A DNA stretch of 64,000 nt from Candidatus Zixiibacteriota bacterium (GTDB taxonomy: Bacteria; Zixibacteria; MSB-5A5; UBA10806; 4484-95), in NCBI GenBank assembly GCA_037441845.1, contig JBBIRK010000006.1, positions 128,001 to 192,000 on the forward strand. The letters run 5' to 3'. A program made the position numbers and the translations under genes. The notes beneath the pieces were generated by a model. That model was not told where the DNA came from. It ran no database searches and saw nothing but the letters and a program-made list of their open reading frames with translations. Of this stretch, positions 49,501 through 59,850 are shown in pieces; the stretch's first letter is position 1, and each line of letters starts with the position of its first letter.

Positions 49501-51738
49501 CTACATGCCTTTATATGGATTAGGCCCGATCTTGTCAATCTCCTCGAGAAATCCGTCGAAAATCTCCGGGATTTTCCGATAGTCGCTTATAGCCAACTCA
49601 TGCAGCCTGACCCGTTCCTCCTCCAGCACCAACTGCTTCAATTTCTCCCGTACGTTCGACATCCGCGTTGCCGCCAGCTCGCTTCCCCTGATAAAGTGGC
49701 ATTGGTAATCATCGCCCTTTTTGCAACCGATAAGCAGCACGCCGTCGAATCCGCTGGCCAAAGCATCGCTGACCCAGACGGTATTCATCGAACCCAGGCA
49801 TCGCAAAGGGATTAATCGAATCATCGCATTGTAACGCAATCGCATCAATCCGGCCATATCCACCGATGGCAAAGCGTCGTTTTCGCAGATAAAAGCCAAA
49901 ATCCGCGGTTTTTCCTCGAACTCGTCGGGAATGTGGATCGATTTGATCATCTGCGACATCATGTTCACGTTGTAGTTCTTGAACGAGATTATCCGCTCGG
50001 GACAGGCGCCCATGCAGACGCCGCAGCGCCGGCAACGGAATGGATTGGGAAGCGGTGTTCCTTTTTCGTCCTCGTCGAGAGTCCCAAAAGGGCACTCCTC
50101 AGTGCACCGCTTGCACTGGGTGCATCGCTGCATGAAAAATTCCGGAAAACTTGCATCTCCCGACCGCGGATGCACGGCCAGCCCCCGGGATACCGCCTCG
50201 ACCGCCTGAATCGCTTTCAACGCCGCCCCGTAGGCATCATCGCGGCTCTCGGCGAATCCCATCGGGGCCCGCACCGCCCCGCAGGCGTAGATCGCCGTCC
50301 GCCTGGTTTCATAGGGAAAACAGATATAATGGGAATCGGGAAAGCCGTATTTGAGGGTGGGGAGATCTGTTCCTTGACGGTAAGTCAAATTGATTATTTT
50401 CGCCCCCTTCTCGGCGCCTGCCGCTTCCTTTTTGCCATCGGCGGTGGTGGCTGTTTGATCGCCTGCGGTATCGCCGACGGATTCCTCCTCGAGCGTCTCG
50501 ACTTTCGTGGCTGGAACCATCCCCGTGGCCAGGACTACCAAATCCGCCTTGATAGAAATGCTTTCCCCCAAGAGCGTGTCAGTCGCTGTAACCAGTATTT
50601 TCCCCGAATTATCTTTGGCGACTTCCTTGATTTCGCCTTTGGTGAAAAATACGGCGTCATCGTCCTGAACCTGCGCATAAAACAGCTCTTGCTGGGCAGG
50701 AGTCCGCATATCCTTGTAAATAATATAGATTTTTGTGTCGGGATAGCTTCGCCTTATATACAGGGCCTGTTTCAAGGTGACCAAACAACAAACCGACGAA
50801 CAATAGGGGAGATGGTTCTCGTCGCGTGAGCCGGCGCACTGAATGAAAACCACGCTTTCAGGTTTCTTGCCGTCCGATGGCCGTTTTATTCCCCCGTTGC
50901 CCATCATCCGCTCGATATCGACGTTGGTCACGACGTCCGGGGAAATTCCGTAACCCAGATGCGTCAGTTTGCCGGGGTCGTAGGCGCGCCAGCCGGCCGC
51001 CAAAATTATCGCTCCGACCTCGATCTGTTTGCCGCCGGATTCGTTTTTCAAAGTAACGGCGAATTTGCCGGGCTGCCCGCTGGTTTTTTCGACGACGGTT
51101 GACGTGTAAACTTGAATGTTTTTGTTTGAATTCACCTTTTGCAGAAGGTCTTGCAGCCCGGTATCATCGAGGTTCGAATAAGGGGAAATACGAGGGTATG
51201 ATTTCGTAGTTTTCGCCGCCCAGCCGCCGAGCTCTTTTTCTTTTTCGATCAGCACCGCCTGATAACCGGCCTCGGCCACGGCCAGAGCCGCCTGTAAACC
51301 GCTCATTCCGCCGCCGATCACCATGATCGATTTGCTGGTCGGTTCGATATACGGCTCGGGCGGTTCCGAATTCTGCAGCCTGGCTATTCCCATTCTGATA
51401 TAATCCTCGGCCAGCATCTGCGTATCTTCGTCGTTGGGTGCATGAGACCAGGCTACCTGTTCGCGCAAACTGATTCTATCGGTTAAGACATCCTTACCGA
51501 AATCAAACAGTTCCGTAAATACGCGGCCCGAACAGGCGGCGATCGCCACCCGGTTGAGATTCTCGGCCTTGATATCGTCCTTTATCGATTCGACCGTTTC
51601 TTTGGCGCACAGAACGGCGTGCGATTTGCAAACGGCGGCTTTTCCACCCTTGGCCGCCTCAGCGACGAGTTTTTCGATATCGATTGCTTTTTCGATATCA
51701 CAGCCACGGCAAATATAAACTCCAATTTTCGTGTCCAT
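49501..51738 (-). CDS. qmoB: QmoB (HdrA-like plus MvhD-like domain)
   Basis: CAGSRDENHLPYCS, SHYICFPYETRRTAIY, CTQCKRCTEECP, CENDA, RCLGS, GCKKGDDYQCHF. Confidence 0.94.
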   Translation of the reverse strand: MDTKIGVYICRGCDIEKAIDIEKLVAEAAKGGKAAVCKSHAVLCAKETVESIKDDIKAENLNRVAIAACSGRVFTELFDFGKDVLTDRISLREQVAWSHAPNDEDTQMLAEDYIRMGIARLQNSEPPEPYIEPTSKSIMVIGGGMSGLQAALAVAEAGYQAVLIEKEKELGGWAAKTTKSYPRISPYSNLDDTGLQDLLQKVNSNKNIQVYTSTVVEKTSGQPGKFAVTLKNESGGKQIEVGAIILAAGWRAYDPGKLTHLGYGISPDVVTNVDIERMMGNGGIKRPSDGKKPESVVFIQCAGSRDENHLPYCSSVCCLVTLKQALYIRRSYPDTKIYIIYKDMRTPAQQELFYAQVQDDDAVFFTKGEIKEVAKDNSGKILVTATDTLLGESISIKADLVVLATGMVPATKVETLEEESVGDTAGDQTATTADGKKEAAGAEKGAKIINLTYRQGTDLPTLKYGFPDSHYICFPYETRRTAIYACGAVRAPMGFAESRDDAYGAALKAIQAVEAVSRGLAVHPRSGDASFPEFFMQRCTQCKRCTEECPFGTLDEDEKGTPLPNPFRCRRCGVCMGACPERIISFKNYNVNMMSQMIKSIHIPDEFEEKPRILAFICENDALPSVDMAGLMRLRYNAMIRLIPLRCLGSMNTVWVSDALASGFDGVLLIGCKKGDDYQCHFIRGSELAATRMSNVREKLKQLVLEEERVRLHELAISDYRKIPEIFDGFLEEIDKIGPNPYKGM

Positions 51739-51739
51739 C

Positions 51740-53035
51740 TTAATTCCTCCCCGCAGTCACATTTATCGCTTTGAGCGCCGCTCCGGTGGCATCTCTTACC
51801 GAATCGGCTACGTCCGCCGGCCTCAAAGCCGTCCCGGCGCCGATTATCCCCGACTTTTGCTGGGGCACGAAAAATCCATACGGGTCGATTTGCAGATTAA
51901 GCGCCGGTGCATCTGCGGCGGTATTAGGAACCATGCCGACCGCCAACACGGCCATCTCGACCTCGTAATCGCAGGTACTGCCGGTTAGTGTGTCTTCTGC
52001 CGTCAGCACCAGATTTCCGTTGGCATCGTTGCGGGTGATTTTGCCCACCTTGCCGCGGTGAAAATGCAATTTCGGATCCTGTTTCGCCTTGGAGTAGAAA
52101 TCCTCAAGACGTCCCGGAGATCTTATATCTATGTAAAAGATATGAATATCCGCTTCCGGATACCGGGCTCTTACGTACGATGCCTGTTTCATCGAGGCCA
52201 AGCAGCAGACGGCCGAACAATAGGGGAGATGATTCTCATCGCGGGAACCGGCGCATTGCACGAAACCGATGCTCGAAATCTCCTTGCCGTCCGATGGCTT
52301 TACGATTTTACCGCCGTAGGGACCGTTTTCCGAGGCAATTCTTTCCATCATCACGTTGGTGATGACATCGGGATATTTGCCGAATCCGAGATTGTCCAGC
52401 CGTTTGGCGTCATATGGCCTCCAGCCGGTCGCCCAAACTATCGCTTTGGCATTGACCGTTATCTGAATCGGCCGCATGTCGAAATCGATCGCGCCGTATT
52501 CGCATACTTCGGCGCATTTCCTCACTCGGGGATCATTGACATAATTGCCGTCGATAACATACCTGAACGGATAAGCCATCAAGTGCGGCAGATAAATCGC
52601 CTTGGTTTGATCGAGGCCGTAATTGAAAGTGTTGGGAATGCTTACTTCGCAGGCCTCGGCGCACTTGCCGCAGGCGGTGCATTTTTCATTAATATAGCGT
52701 GGATTTATTTTGATCGACGCCTTGTACGAGCCCGGTGCACCCTCGACCGATTGAATCTCCGTCAATGTCAGGACCTTGATGTAGTTGCTGTTTTTGATCC
52801 TTTTCAGATTGATCTCCAATCCGCAGGTGGGGGGGCACATTTTCGGAAAGTACTGATTGGTGGCGGCAACCCGACCGCCCAGCGAGGGCTGCGATTCGAT
52901 CAACAGCGCGTGATGAAACGTCTCCGCCAACTCGATCGCCGCGGTGATCCCCGCAATGCCGCCCCCGACTATCAACGCGTCGGTGTTGATTGTTGAGCCT
53001 GATTTTAGTTGATTTTCATGGATAATTTGGGTCAT
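51740..53035 (-). CDS. qmoA: QmoA (HdrA-like flavoprotein)
   Basis: VGGGIAG, YFPKMCPPTCGLEIN, CTACGKC, CAGSRDENHLPYCSAVCC. Confidence 0.94.
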   Translation of the reverse strand: MTQIIHENQLKSGSTINTDALIVGGGIAGITAAIELAETFHHALLIESQPSLGGRVAATNQYFPKMCPPTCGLEINLKRIKNSNYIKVLTLTEIQSVEGAPGSYKASIKINPRYINEKCTACGKCAEACEVSIPNTFNYGLDQTKAIYLPHLMAYPFRYVIDGNYVNDPRVRKCAEVCEYGAIDFDMRPIQITVNAKAIVWATGWRPYDAKRLDNLGFGKYPDVITNVMMERIASENGPYGGKIVKPSDGKEISSIGFVQCAGSRDENHLPYCSAVCCLASMKQASYVRARYPEADIHIFYIDIRSPGRLEDFYSKAKQDPKLHFHRGKVGKITRNDANGNLVLTAEDTLTGSTCDYEVEMAVLAVGMVPNTAADAPALNLQIDPYGFFVPQQKSGIIGAGTALRPADVADSVRDATGAALKAINVTAGRN

Positions 53036-53106
53036 ATAATTCTCCTTAAACCCTTATTCCCGCAACAAATGCTGGTATTCTCCAAACCCGAAGACTATAC
53101 CGCAAT

Positions 53107-53124
53107 TTGTGAAATAATTAACAA
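53107..53124. promoter_or_regulatory. Rex/CRP-like box upstream of qmoA
   Basis: TTGTGAAATAATTAACAA (13/14); minus-strand TTGACA at 53206-53201. Confidence 0.65.
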
Positions 53125-53273
53125 TACCGGGCAAAAAAATCACCGTAAGGTTCTGCAGATTTTCCATAGCCGCTTCAAATTAACAATCGCTAATTTCATA
53201 TGTCAAGCAATAATCCGATTTTTTATCCCGATCATGGTCAACTTATATCATATTAGGAGATTCATTTTTTTTC

Positions 53274-53380
53274 TTGACAGGCTTTGTGAAAAAAAATACA
53301 TTTCCCCCAAGAAATGAAATTTTGGGGAAATCGGCGCCGAGCTGGATTTTTTTGGTGATACATTGTGAAAAAAATAACAA
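53274..53380 (+). promoter_or_regulatory. sat-aprBA promoter with two Rex/CRP-like boxes
   Basis: TTGACA (53274)-17 nt-TACATT; boxes TTGTGAAAAAAAATACAT (53284-53301, overlapping spacer and -10) and TTGTGAAAAAAATAACAA (53363-53380). Confidence 0.65.
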
Positions 53381-53497
53381 GAATATTGGCCGCTCAATCT
53401 TTCTTTTCCCCGGTTTTCACGCCGATCCGCTTGCTCGATCAATCGAATTTATTCCATCGATATTAATCGAAACAACTAAAAGGTGACAGGAAGGCCT

Positions 53498-54724
53498 ATG
53501 CAAAAAACAAAATTAATATCCCCTCACGGAAGCAAGACGCTGAAAACGCTTCTGCTCGAGGGCAAGGCCAGAGAGGATGAACTTAAAAAAGCGCAAAAAC
53601 TGCCGAAAGTAACCATCACCTCGCGGGAAACCGGTGATCTGATAATGCTCGGTATCGGCGGTTTCACCCCTCTCGATGGCTTCATGGGATATGACGACTG
53701 GAAAGGCGTCTGCCAAGACATGAAAATGACCAACGGCATTTTCTGGCCGATCCCGATTACCATGTCCCATTCGGAAAAAATCAGTCCCGGAACCGAAATC
53801 TGCCTGATTTCCGAAGAAACCAAGGAAATCATGGGCACCATGAAAGTCACCGAATCCTACAAAATCGATAAGGACTTCGAGTGCAAAAACGTCTTCCGCA
53901 CCAACGATCCCGAACATCCGGGCGTGAAGATGGTGGCCGAGCAGAAAGAATGGAATATCGCCGGACCGGTGAAAGTTCTATCTGAAAGCTATTTCCCCAC
54001 CGAGTTCGCCGGTATCTACCAAAGACCGGCCGAAAGCCGGAAAATCTTCGAGGAAAAGGGATGGAAAACCATCGCCGCCCTCCAGCTCCGCAATCCGATG
54101 CATCGCTCCCATGAATACCTCGCCAAAATCGCCATCGAGGTTTCCGACGGCCTTTACATTCACCAACTGGTCGGCAAACTGAAACCGGGCGATATACCGG
54201 CGGATGTCAGGGTCAAATGCATAGATACCCTCGTAAATCTTTACTTCGTTAAAGAACGCGTGGTTTGCGGCGGTTACCCGCTGGATATGCGTTACGCCGG
54301 TCCGCGCGAGGGATTGCTTCATGCCGTTTTCAGACAGAATTTCGGCTGCACTCACATGATTATCGGCCGCGATCATGCCGGCGTCGGCAATTATTACGGC
54401 CCATTCGATGCCCAAGAGATATTCTACCAGCTCTGGGACGGCGCTCTCGAATGCAAAATGCTCCCGATCGACTGGACTTTCTGGTGCTACAAATGCGGCG
54501 GAATGGCTTCGATGAAAACCTGCCCGCACGGCAAAGAAGATCGGCTGCTTTTGAGCGGCACCGCGCTGAGAAAAGGCCTATCCGAGGGCGGCGACATTCC
54601 GCCCGAATTCAGCCGCAAGGAAGTGCTGGATATCCTCCGCGAATATTATGCCGGGCTGACCGAAAAAGTCGAAATCAAACTTCACGGCCATGCCACCGGA
54701 GAAGCGGATACGAAGAGAAAATAA
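53498..54724 (+). CDS. sat: Sulfate adenylyltransferase
   Basis: [41 protein letters not shown]...CPH; ATG 53498 after AGGAAGG. Confidence 0.97.
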   Translation: MQKTKLISPHGSKTLKTLLLEGKAREDELKKAQKLPKVTITSRETGDLIMLGIGGFTPLDGFMGYDDWKGVCQDMKMTNGIFWPIPITMSHSEKISPGTEICLISEETKEIMGTMKVTESYKIDKDFECKNVFRTNDPEHPGVKMVAEQKEWNIAGPVKVLSESYFPTEFAGIYQRPAESRKIFEEKGWKTIAALQLRNPMHRSHEYLAKIAIEVSDGLYIHQLVGKLKPGDIPADVRVKCIDTLVNLYFVKERVVCGGYPLDMRYAGPREGLLHAVFRQNFGCTHMIIGRDHAGVGNYYGPFDAQEIFYQLWDGALECKMLPIDWTFWCYKCGGMASMKTCPHGKEDRLLLSGTALRKGLSEGGDIPPEFSRKEVLDILREYYAGLTEKVEIKLHGHATGEADTKRK

Positions 54725-54755
54725 ATCGATAGCTTAAACGATACAGGAGGTTTGA

Positions 54756-55196
54756 ATGCCGAGTTATGTGATTTTCGACAAATGTGATGGTTGCAAGGCG
54801 CTCGATAAAACGGCCTGCCAGTATATTTGTCCGAATGACTTGATGGTGCTTAACAAAGAAAAAATGAAAGCCTACAATCAAGAGCCGGAAATGTGCTGGG
54901 AGTGCTATAGCTGCGTGAAGATCTGCCCCGTCCAGGCGATCGAAATCCGCGGCTATGCCGATTTCGTGCCGTTGGGTGCCAGTGTCACCCCCATGAGAAG
55001 CAGCGATTCGATCATGTGGACCGTCAAGTTCCGCAACGGAATGCTGAAAAGATTCAAATTCCCGATTCGCACTACTCCGGAGGGTCAGGCCAAACCGGAC
55101 GGCGGCTTTGCCACCGCTCACGACGATCTGAACAGCCAAGTCCTGGCCCAAGAGCCCGAGGCGCTGAGAACCAACGAAGTTTACACCATTAAGTAA
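54756..55196 (+). CDS. aprB: APS reductase beta subunit
   Basis: KCDGCK...CQYICPND, CWECYSCVKICP, WTVKFRNG..KRFKFPIRTT. Confidence 0.97.
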   Translation: MPSYVIFDKCDGCKALDKTACQYICPNDLMVLNKEKMKAYNQEPEMCWECYSCVKICPVQAIEIRGYADFVPLGASVTPMRSSDSIMWTVKFRNGMLKRFKFPIRTTPEGQAKPDGGFATAHDDLNSQVLAQEPEALRTNEVYTIK

Positions 55197-55216
55197 TAAG
55201 TCGGAGGAAGCTGAAT

Positions 55217-57142
55217 ATGTCTCAAAAATTTGAAACCGTAAAAGTAACGACAGATCTGCTTATTCTTGGTGGTGGCATGGCGGCATGCGGCGCTGCGGTC
55301 GAGGCCTCATACTGGGCCAAGAAAAAGGGCTTGAAAGTAACGCTTGTCGACAAGGCGGCCATGGATCGTTCCGGCGCAGTCGCCATGGGCTTGTCGGCGC
55401 TCAATCAATATGTCGGCCTCCACGAGGGCAAAAATACGGTCAAGGATTACGTGGATTACGTGCGTATGGACTTGATGGGCGTAGTCAGGGAAGACCTCGT
55501 CGCCAATATCGCCCGCCACGTCGATTCGACCGTCCACCTCTTCGAAAAATGGGGTCTGCCGATCTGGAAAGACGAAAAAGGCGGCTATGTCCATGAAGGA
55601 CGTTGGCAGTTGATGATCAACGGCGAATCCTACAAGGTCGTTATCGCCGAGGCGGCCAAAAACGCGCTTGCCCAAGCCGGCGGCCAGTATTTCGAACGCA
55701 TCTTCATCACCGAACCGCTGTTGGATGGCGATCGCATTGCCGGCGCCATCGGTTTCAGTGTCCGCGAAAACAAATTCTACGTGTTCAATGCCAAGGCGAC
55801 AATAGTGGCCATGGGCGGCGCCGTGCATGTGTTCAAACCACGCAGCACCGGCGAGGGTCTCGGGCGCGCCTGGTATCCACCCTGGAATTCGGGTTCGAGC
55901 GCTTACTTCACCATCAAAGCCGGCGCCGAAATGACCAGCCAGGAAGTCCGCTTCATCCCCGTTCGTTTCAAAGACGCATACGGACCGGTCGGTGCCTGGT
56001 TCCTGCTCTTCAAGTCGAGAGCGACCAATGCAATGGGCGGCGACTATATGGTCGAGCGGGTTGACGAATTGCAAAGATGGAAACCTTACGGCCTGGTGAA
56101 ACCTATCCCGGCCAACCTGCGCAATTGGCTCGGCATGATGGATACCATGGAAGGCAAAGGCCCGATCTACATGCGCACCGAAGAAGCGATCAACAAGATA
56201 GCCAAGGCTGCCGGCGATGAAAAAGAAGCCAAGAAAAAACTCAAAGAGCTGGAAGCCGAAGCTTGGGAAGACTTCCTCGACATGACCATTTCGCAGGCGA
56301 TCCTCTGGGCTTCAACCAATGTCGAGCCCGAGGTGAAGTCATCCGAAATCGCCGCCGCCGAACCGTATTTCATCGGTTCCCATTCCGGCGCATCCGGCGC
56401 CTGGGTCAGCGGTCCCGAGGATCTCCAGACTCCCGAAACCAAGAAGGAATACTTCTGGGGCTACAGCCACATGTCCACCGTCAAGGGTATGTTCTGCGCC
56501 GGCGATGCTTCGGGTGCCTCGTCGCATAAATTTTCCTCCGGTTCGCATGCCGAGGGCAGAATCGTGGGCAAAGCGGCAATCAAGTTCATCGTCGAAAACA
56601 ACACCCTGCCCAAAATCAACGACGCTGAGGTCGAAGCATTGAAGGCCGCGGTTTACAAGCCGCTGGAGAATTTCGAAAAATTCAAAGGCGCCACCACCGA
56701 TCCCGATATCAACCCCAATTACATCCGGCCGAAGATGTTCATGTTCCGCCTGCAAAAAATAATGGATGAATATGTTGGCGGCGTCTCGGCTCAGTTCTCC
56801 ACCAATAAGGCTTGCCTCGATCGGGCGCTCGAATTGATCGGCTATCTCAAGGAAGACAGCGAAAAACTGGCGGCCAAAGACCTTCACGAACTCATGCGTT
56901 GCTGGGAAAACGTCCAGAGGATGTGGCAGGCGGAAGCTCACGCTCGCACCATTCAGTTCCGCGAGGAAACAAGATGGCCGGGCTATTACCGCCGCGCCGA
57001 TTTCCCCACCATGGACGAGAAAAACTGGCATTGCTTCGCCAACTGCCGCTGGGACCGCAACAAAAAGAGCTGGGAAATGATCAAACGGCCGATGCTTCAT
57101 ATCTATCCCCAGCCACAAGAACACGAGTTGCTTGGCGGTTAG
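55217..57142 (+). CDS. aprA: APS reductase alpha subunit
   Basis: RSGAVAMGLSA, WQLMINGESYK, GEGLGRAWYP, RFKDAYGPVGAWF, HKFSSGSHAEGR, REETRWPGYY. Confidence 0.98.
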   Translation: MSQKFETVKVTTDLLILGGGMAACGAAVEASYWAKKKGLKVTLVDKAAMDRSGAVAMGLSALNQYVGLHEGKNTVKDYVDYVRMDLMGVVREDLVANIARHVDSTVHLFEKWGLPIWKDEKGGYVHEGRWQLMINGESYKVVIAEAAKNALAQAGGQYFERIFITEPLLDGDRIAGAIGFSVRENKFYVFNAKATIVAMGGAVHVFKPRSTGEGLGRAWYPPWNSGSSAYFTIKAGAEMTSQEVRFIPVRFKDAYGPVGAWFLLFKSRATNAMGGDYMVERVDELQRWKPYGLVKPIPANLRNWLGMMDTMEGKGPIYMRTEEAINKIAKAAGDEKEAKKKLKELEAEAWEDFLDMTISQAILWASTNVEPEVKSSEIAAAEPYFIGSHSGASGAWVSGPEDLQTPETKKEYFWGYSHMSTVKGMFCAGDASGASSHKFSSGSHAEGRIVGKAAIKFIVENNTLPKINDAEVEALKAAVYKPLENFEKFKGATTDPDINPNYIRPKMFMFRLQKIMDEYVGGVSAQFSTNKACLDRALELIGYLKEDSEKLAAKDLHELMRCWENVQRMWQAEAHARTIQFREETRWPGYYRRADFPTMDEKNWHCFANCRWDRNKKSWEMIKRPMLHIYPQPQEHELLGG

Positions 57143-57183
57143 ATTTACGGTGCTTGGAAGGGAATCATTCCCTTGGTGAATGG

Positions 57184-57221
57184 AGAATCCTCCGGTGGAT
57201 GCCGGAGGATTCTTGATTTTT
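57184..57221 (+). terminator. Intrinsic terminator after aprA
   Basis: AGAATCCTCCGG-TGGATG-CCGGAGGATTCT followed by TGATTTTT. Confidence 0.75.
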
Positions 57222-57359
57222 AGGCGGACCTTCATCGGAGGCCGAATCGCCGGTTGGCGGAAATGCCTTTGGCTGAAATGAGCGGCGATTCCCGATTGTC
57301 TTAGGTGGGCCTGAAAGGCGATGTTCGGTGTTTTTTCGAATCGGTTTCAAGACCGATGA

Positions 57360-57387
57360 TTGACTTTGACCGCCGATTGACTATATT
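57360..57387 (+). promoter_or_regulatory. Sigma70-like promoter of the Zn-ribbon/YkgJ pair
   Basis: TTGACT-16 nt-TATATT. Confidence 0.45.
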
Positions 57388-57448
57388 GTTTACGATCGCC
57401 CCGGACTTAAATTACGATGCCTTGATTTAGGGCCGATACCGGAGGAAG

Positions 57449-57718
57449 ATGATGACGAACGATAGCAAATTGAATTGCCCGCACTGCGGAAAATCGTTGA
57501 ACAAATGGATGCCGCCCATTGAATCATCTTGGGGTCAAAACCCCCAGTACGTATGTTTCAACGACGAATGCCCTTATTATGTCCGCGGCTGGGAGTGGAT
57601 GAAGAATCAATTTCAACAACATGCCTCTTACCGTCACCGCTATAATCCGGCCAACGGGGAGGAGGGGCCGCTGCCCGTCTGGTCGCCCGAGGCATTGAAA
57701 GACGGAATCATCAAATAA
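57449..57718 (+). CDS. Small zinc-ribbon protein
   Basis: CPHC...CFNDEC, GGAGG SD. Confidence 0.8.
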   Translation: MMTNDSKLNCPHCGKSLNKWMPPIESSWGQNPQYVCFNDECPYYVRGWEWMKNQFQQHASYRHRYNPANGEEGPLPVWSPEALKDGIIK

Positions 57719-57729
57719 ATGGATAGAAC

Positions 57730-58542
57730 ATGGAAGAAATCGAAAAACTGAAAAAAACGATACTCGCCGAGTATCCGAGATTGAATCGCGCAAACGAGTT
57801 TTCTTTCAAATGCCATCCCGGGGTCAGCTGTTTCAACGTTTGCTGCGCCGATGTCAATATCTTTCTGACCCCTTACGATATCCTGAGGTTGAAACATAAT
57901 TTGGGCATCTCCTCCGAAAAGTTCCTTTCGGACTATACGATCTCTCCTTTCGACGAAAAGCTGAAATATCCTATCGTGATGTTGAAAATGGAGGATGACG
58001 AACGCAAGAGCTGTCCCTTCGTCGGCCCGGATGGCTGCCGAGTATATGCCGATCGACCCTGGGCCTGCCGCATGTATCCTTTGGGTCTTGCCTCGCCGAA
58101 AGAAAACAGCGGAATAGCGGACGATGAGTTTTATTTCTTATTGCAGGAGGATATCTGTCGGGGATTCGAGGAAAATCGCCGTTTAAGCGTGGCTGAATGG
58201 ATCGACGAACAGGGAATCGCCGAATACGACGAGATGGGTAAATATCATAAAGAGCTTACCCTTCATGATTTTTTCCAAAAAGAAGGAAACAACCTCACTC
58301 CGGCCAAAATAGAAATGTTTTTCCTGACTTGCTACAATCTCGACCAATTCCGGGAATTCGTTTTCGGCAGCAGTTTTCTGGAAAAGTTCGATATCGACAC
58401 GGAGACCCAAACCACCATCAAAGACAATGACGTCGAGCTGCTGAAATTCGGATACCGTTGGCTGAAATTCGCTCTATTCGGCGAAAAAACCATGAAAATA
58501 AAAGATGAAATAATTTCAAAGATAAAGTCGGGGAATTCATGA
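57730..58542 (+). CDS. YkgJ-family (CxxCxxCC) cysteine-cluster protein
   Basis: FKCHPGVSCFNVCC, LTPYDILRL, CPFV..GCRVYADRPWACRMYP. Confidence 0.88.
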   Translation: MEEIEKLKKTILAEYPRLNRANEFSFKCHPGVSCFNVCCADVNIFLTPYDILRLKHNLGISSEKFLSDYTISPFDEKLKYPIVMLKMEDDERKSCPFVGPDGCRVYADRPWACRMYPLGLASPKENSGIADDEFYFLLQEDICRGFEENRRLSVAEWIDEQGIAEYDEMGKYHKELTLHDFFQKEGNNLTPAKIEMFFLTCYNLDQFREFVFGSSFLEKFDIDTETQTTIKDNDVELLKFGYRWLKFALFGEKTMKIKDEIISKIKSGNS

Positions 58543-58590
58543 TTTCCGGCGGTTCTAAGTTAGGTGATTAGATAACGCCATCGGCCCTTG

Positions 58591-59268
58591 CTATCTGACC
58601 CGCAATCCCGCTATTTTCACCGCACCTCTATGATAACCGTCGGGGAACAACCTTTCCATATCCGCCAAATCGATCTTATTATCCTTACACGTTTCATAAA
58701 TCGTCGGCACGGTTTTATTTTCGGCGTATTTCTGCCTTAAGTAGGTTATCACTTTCCAATGTTCCTTGGTGAGAGGGACTTTCATCTCATAAGCGCGGTT
58801 GACCGCGAACACCTCGTCCCAATCTTTCGGGTTGACCAAAAATCCCCGGGAATCGATCCGATAAGTTTTGGAATCGTATTCCGATTCGAAACGTTTGTAG
58901 TTTTCTTTCAGCCAGAAATGTTGAATATAGGCTTCCCGATAAGTGATGCCGGCCAGCCTGCAGGCTCCGCGCAAATAACCGGTGGGAAATAATTGCTGCA
59001 GTTCCCCCAGACCGAGATTGTTTTTTTTGCAGGCGACATATACCAGCGGGCAGCTGTTCATCGTGGCGAATGAATTCCGGATAAAGTGGATCACTTTCCA
59101 ATGGCTGTCCGTCAAACCGACCGTGATTTTAACCGCCGGCGCAAGGGCTCTGGCGAAATCCTCATCCCATTTGGAGGGGTCGATCAGATAACCTTGCGCA
59201 TCGATCGGATACCTCTTCGACTTGAAATAAAGATATTTGGGTTTGGCCGATTTCTTTCGAACGCTCAT
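58591..59268 (-). CDS. Tandem two-domain DsrC/TusE-fold protein without the C-terminal catalytic Cys
   Basis: Two repeats of D..G[YF]L..P..WDE.FA...HWKVI..[IL]R...LFP.GY.RGA[CV]..AG. Confidence 0.85.
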   Translation of the reverse strand: MSVRKKSAKPKYLYFKSKRYPIDAQGYLIDPSKWDEDFARALAPAVKITVGLTDSHWKVIHFIRNSFATMNSCPLVYVACKKNNLGLGELQQLFPTGYLRGACRLAGITYREAYIQHFWLKENYKRFESEYDSKTYRIDSRGFLVNPKDWDEVFAVNRAYEMKVPLTKEHWKVITYLRQKYAENKTVPTIYETCKDNKIDLADMERLFPDGYHRGAVKIAGLRVR

Positions 59269-59362
59269 ACACCGATTCCACGAAACCCCGTCGCCTTTTC
59301 ACCGCAGGCCTATTCCGAAAACGCTTTTCCACCGCTTCACAAGTAAGGCCGCACATTCGAAA

Positions 59363-59800
59363 TCAAGCGTAGGGATACATCCCCTTCTTGATCTGCTCGA
59401 GATTTTTCAAAATCTCGCTGTGCTTTCTTTCGTCGATCAATAGGTAATCCAGAAGATATTCCTGAACCAGCATCTTTTTACCGCGCAGTGCGGATAGGGC
59501 TTCCTCGGCGAGCTTGATCGTCTGGCTTTCGAGTTCGATATGATGCGCGATCATGCTCCATACTTTGGCGACTTCGTCGGGAGAAAGCGCCACCGCCTTG
59601 CCCTCAAGCGTCGAGGCGATGAACTCCTGCACTCGGTAATGCATCTGCGAATCCCGCTGGATAATTTCCATGATTAACCTGACGATCGGGTTGTCCGTTT
59701 TTTCGATAATGTTGCCGGTCGAGGCTATCGAGGCGTTCTCGATTTTCTGCCAGCGTTTCATGTTGTCAAGAATTTGCTGTTGCACTTCTTTGGTTGACAT
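59363..59800 (-). CDS. Ferritin/rubrerythrin-like four-helix-bundle protein (putative)
   Basis: IENAS, DSQMH, HIELE, DERKH spacing typical of diiron carboxylate bundles; ATG 59800 after AAGGA. Confidence 0.65.
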   Translation of the reverse strand: MSTKEVQQQILDNMKRWQKIENASIASTGNIIEKTDNPIVRLIMEIIQRDSQMHYRVQEFIASTLEGKAVALSPDEVAKVWSMIAHHIELESQTIKLAEEALSALRGKKMLVQEYLLDYLLIDERKHSEILKNLEQIKKGMYPYA

Positions 59801-59850
59801 ATTTGAGTCCTTTCCTTGAGATTGCTTTGATAAAAGATTTCCTATTCGGT

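Noticed and set aside
50400..50510. Acidic Ala/Thr-rich insertion in QmoB
   Set aside because: Looks like a variable surface linker; no repeat or intein signature.
50785..52300. Similar DNA in qmoA and qmoB (CAGSRDENHLPYCS)
   Set aside because: Ordinary paralogy of HdrA-like domains.
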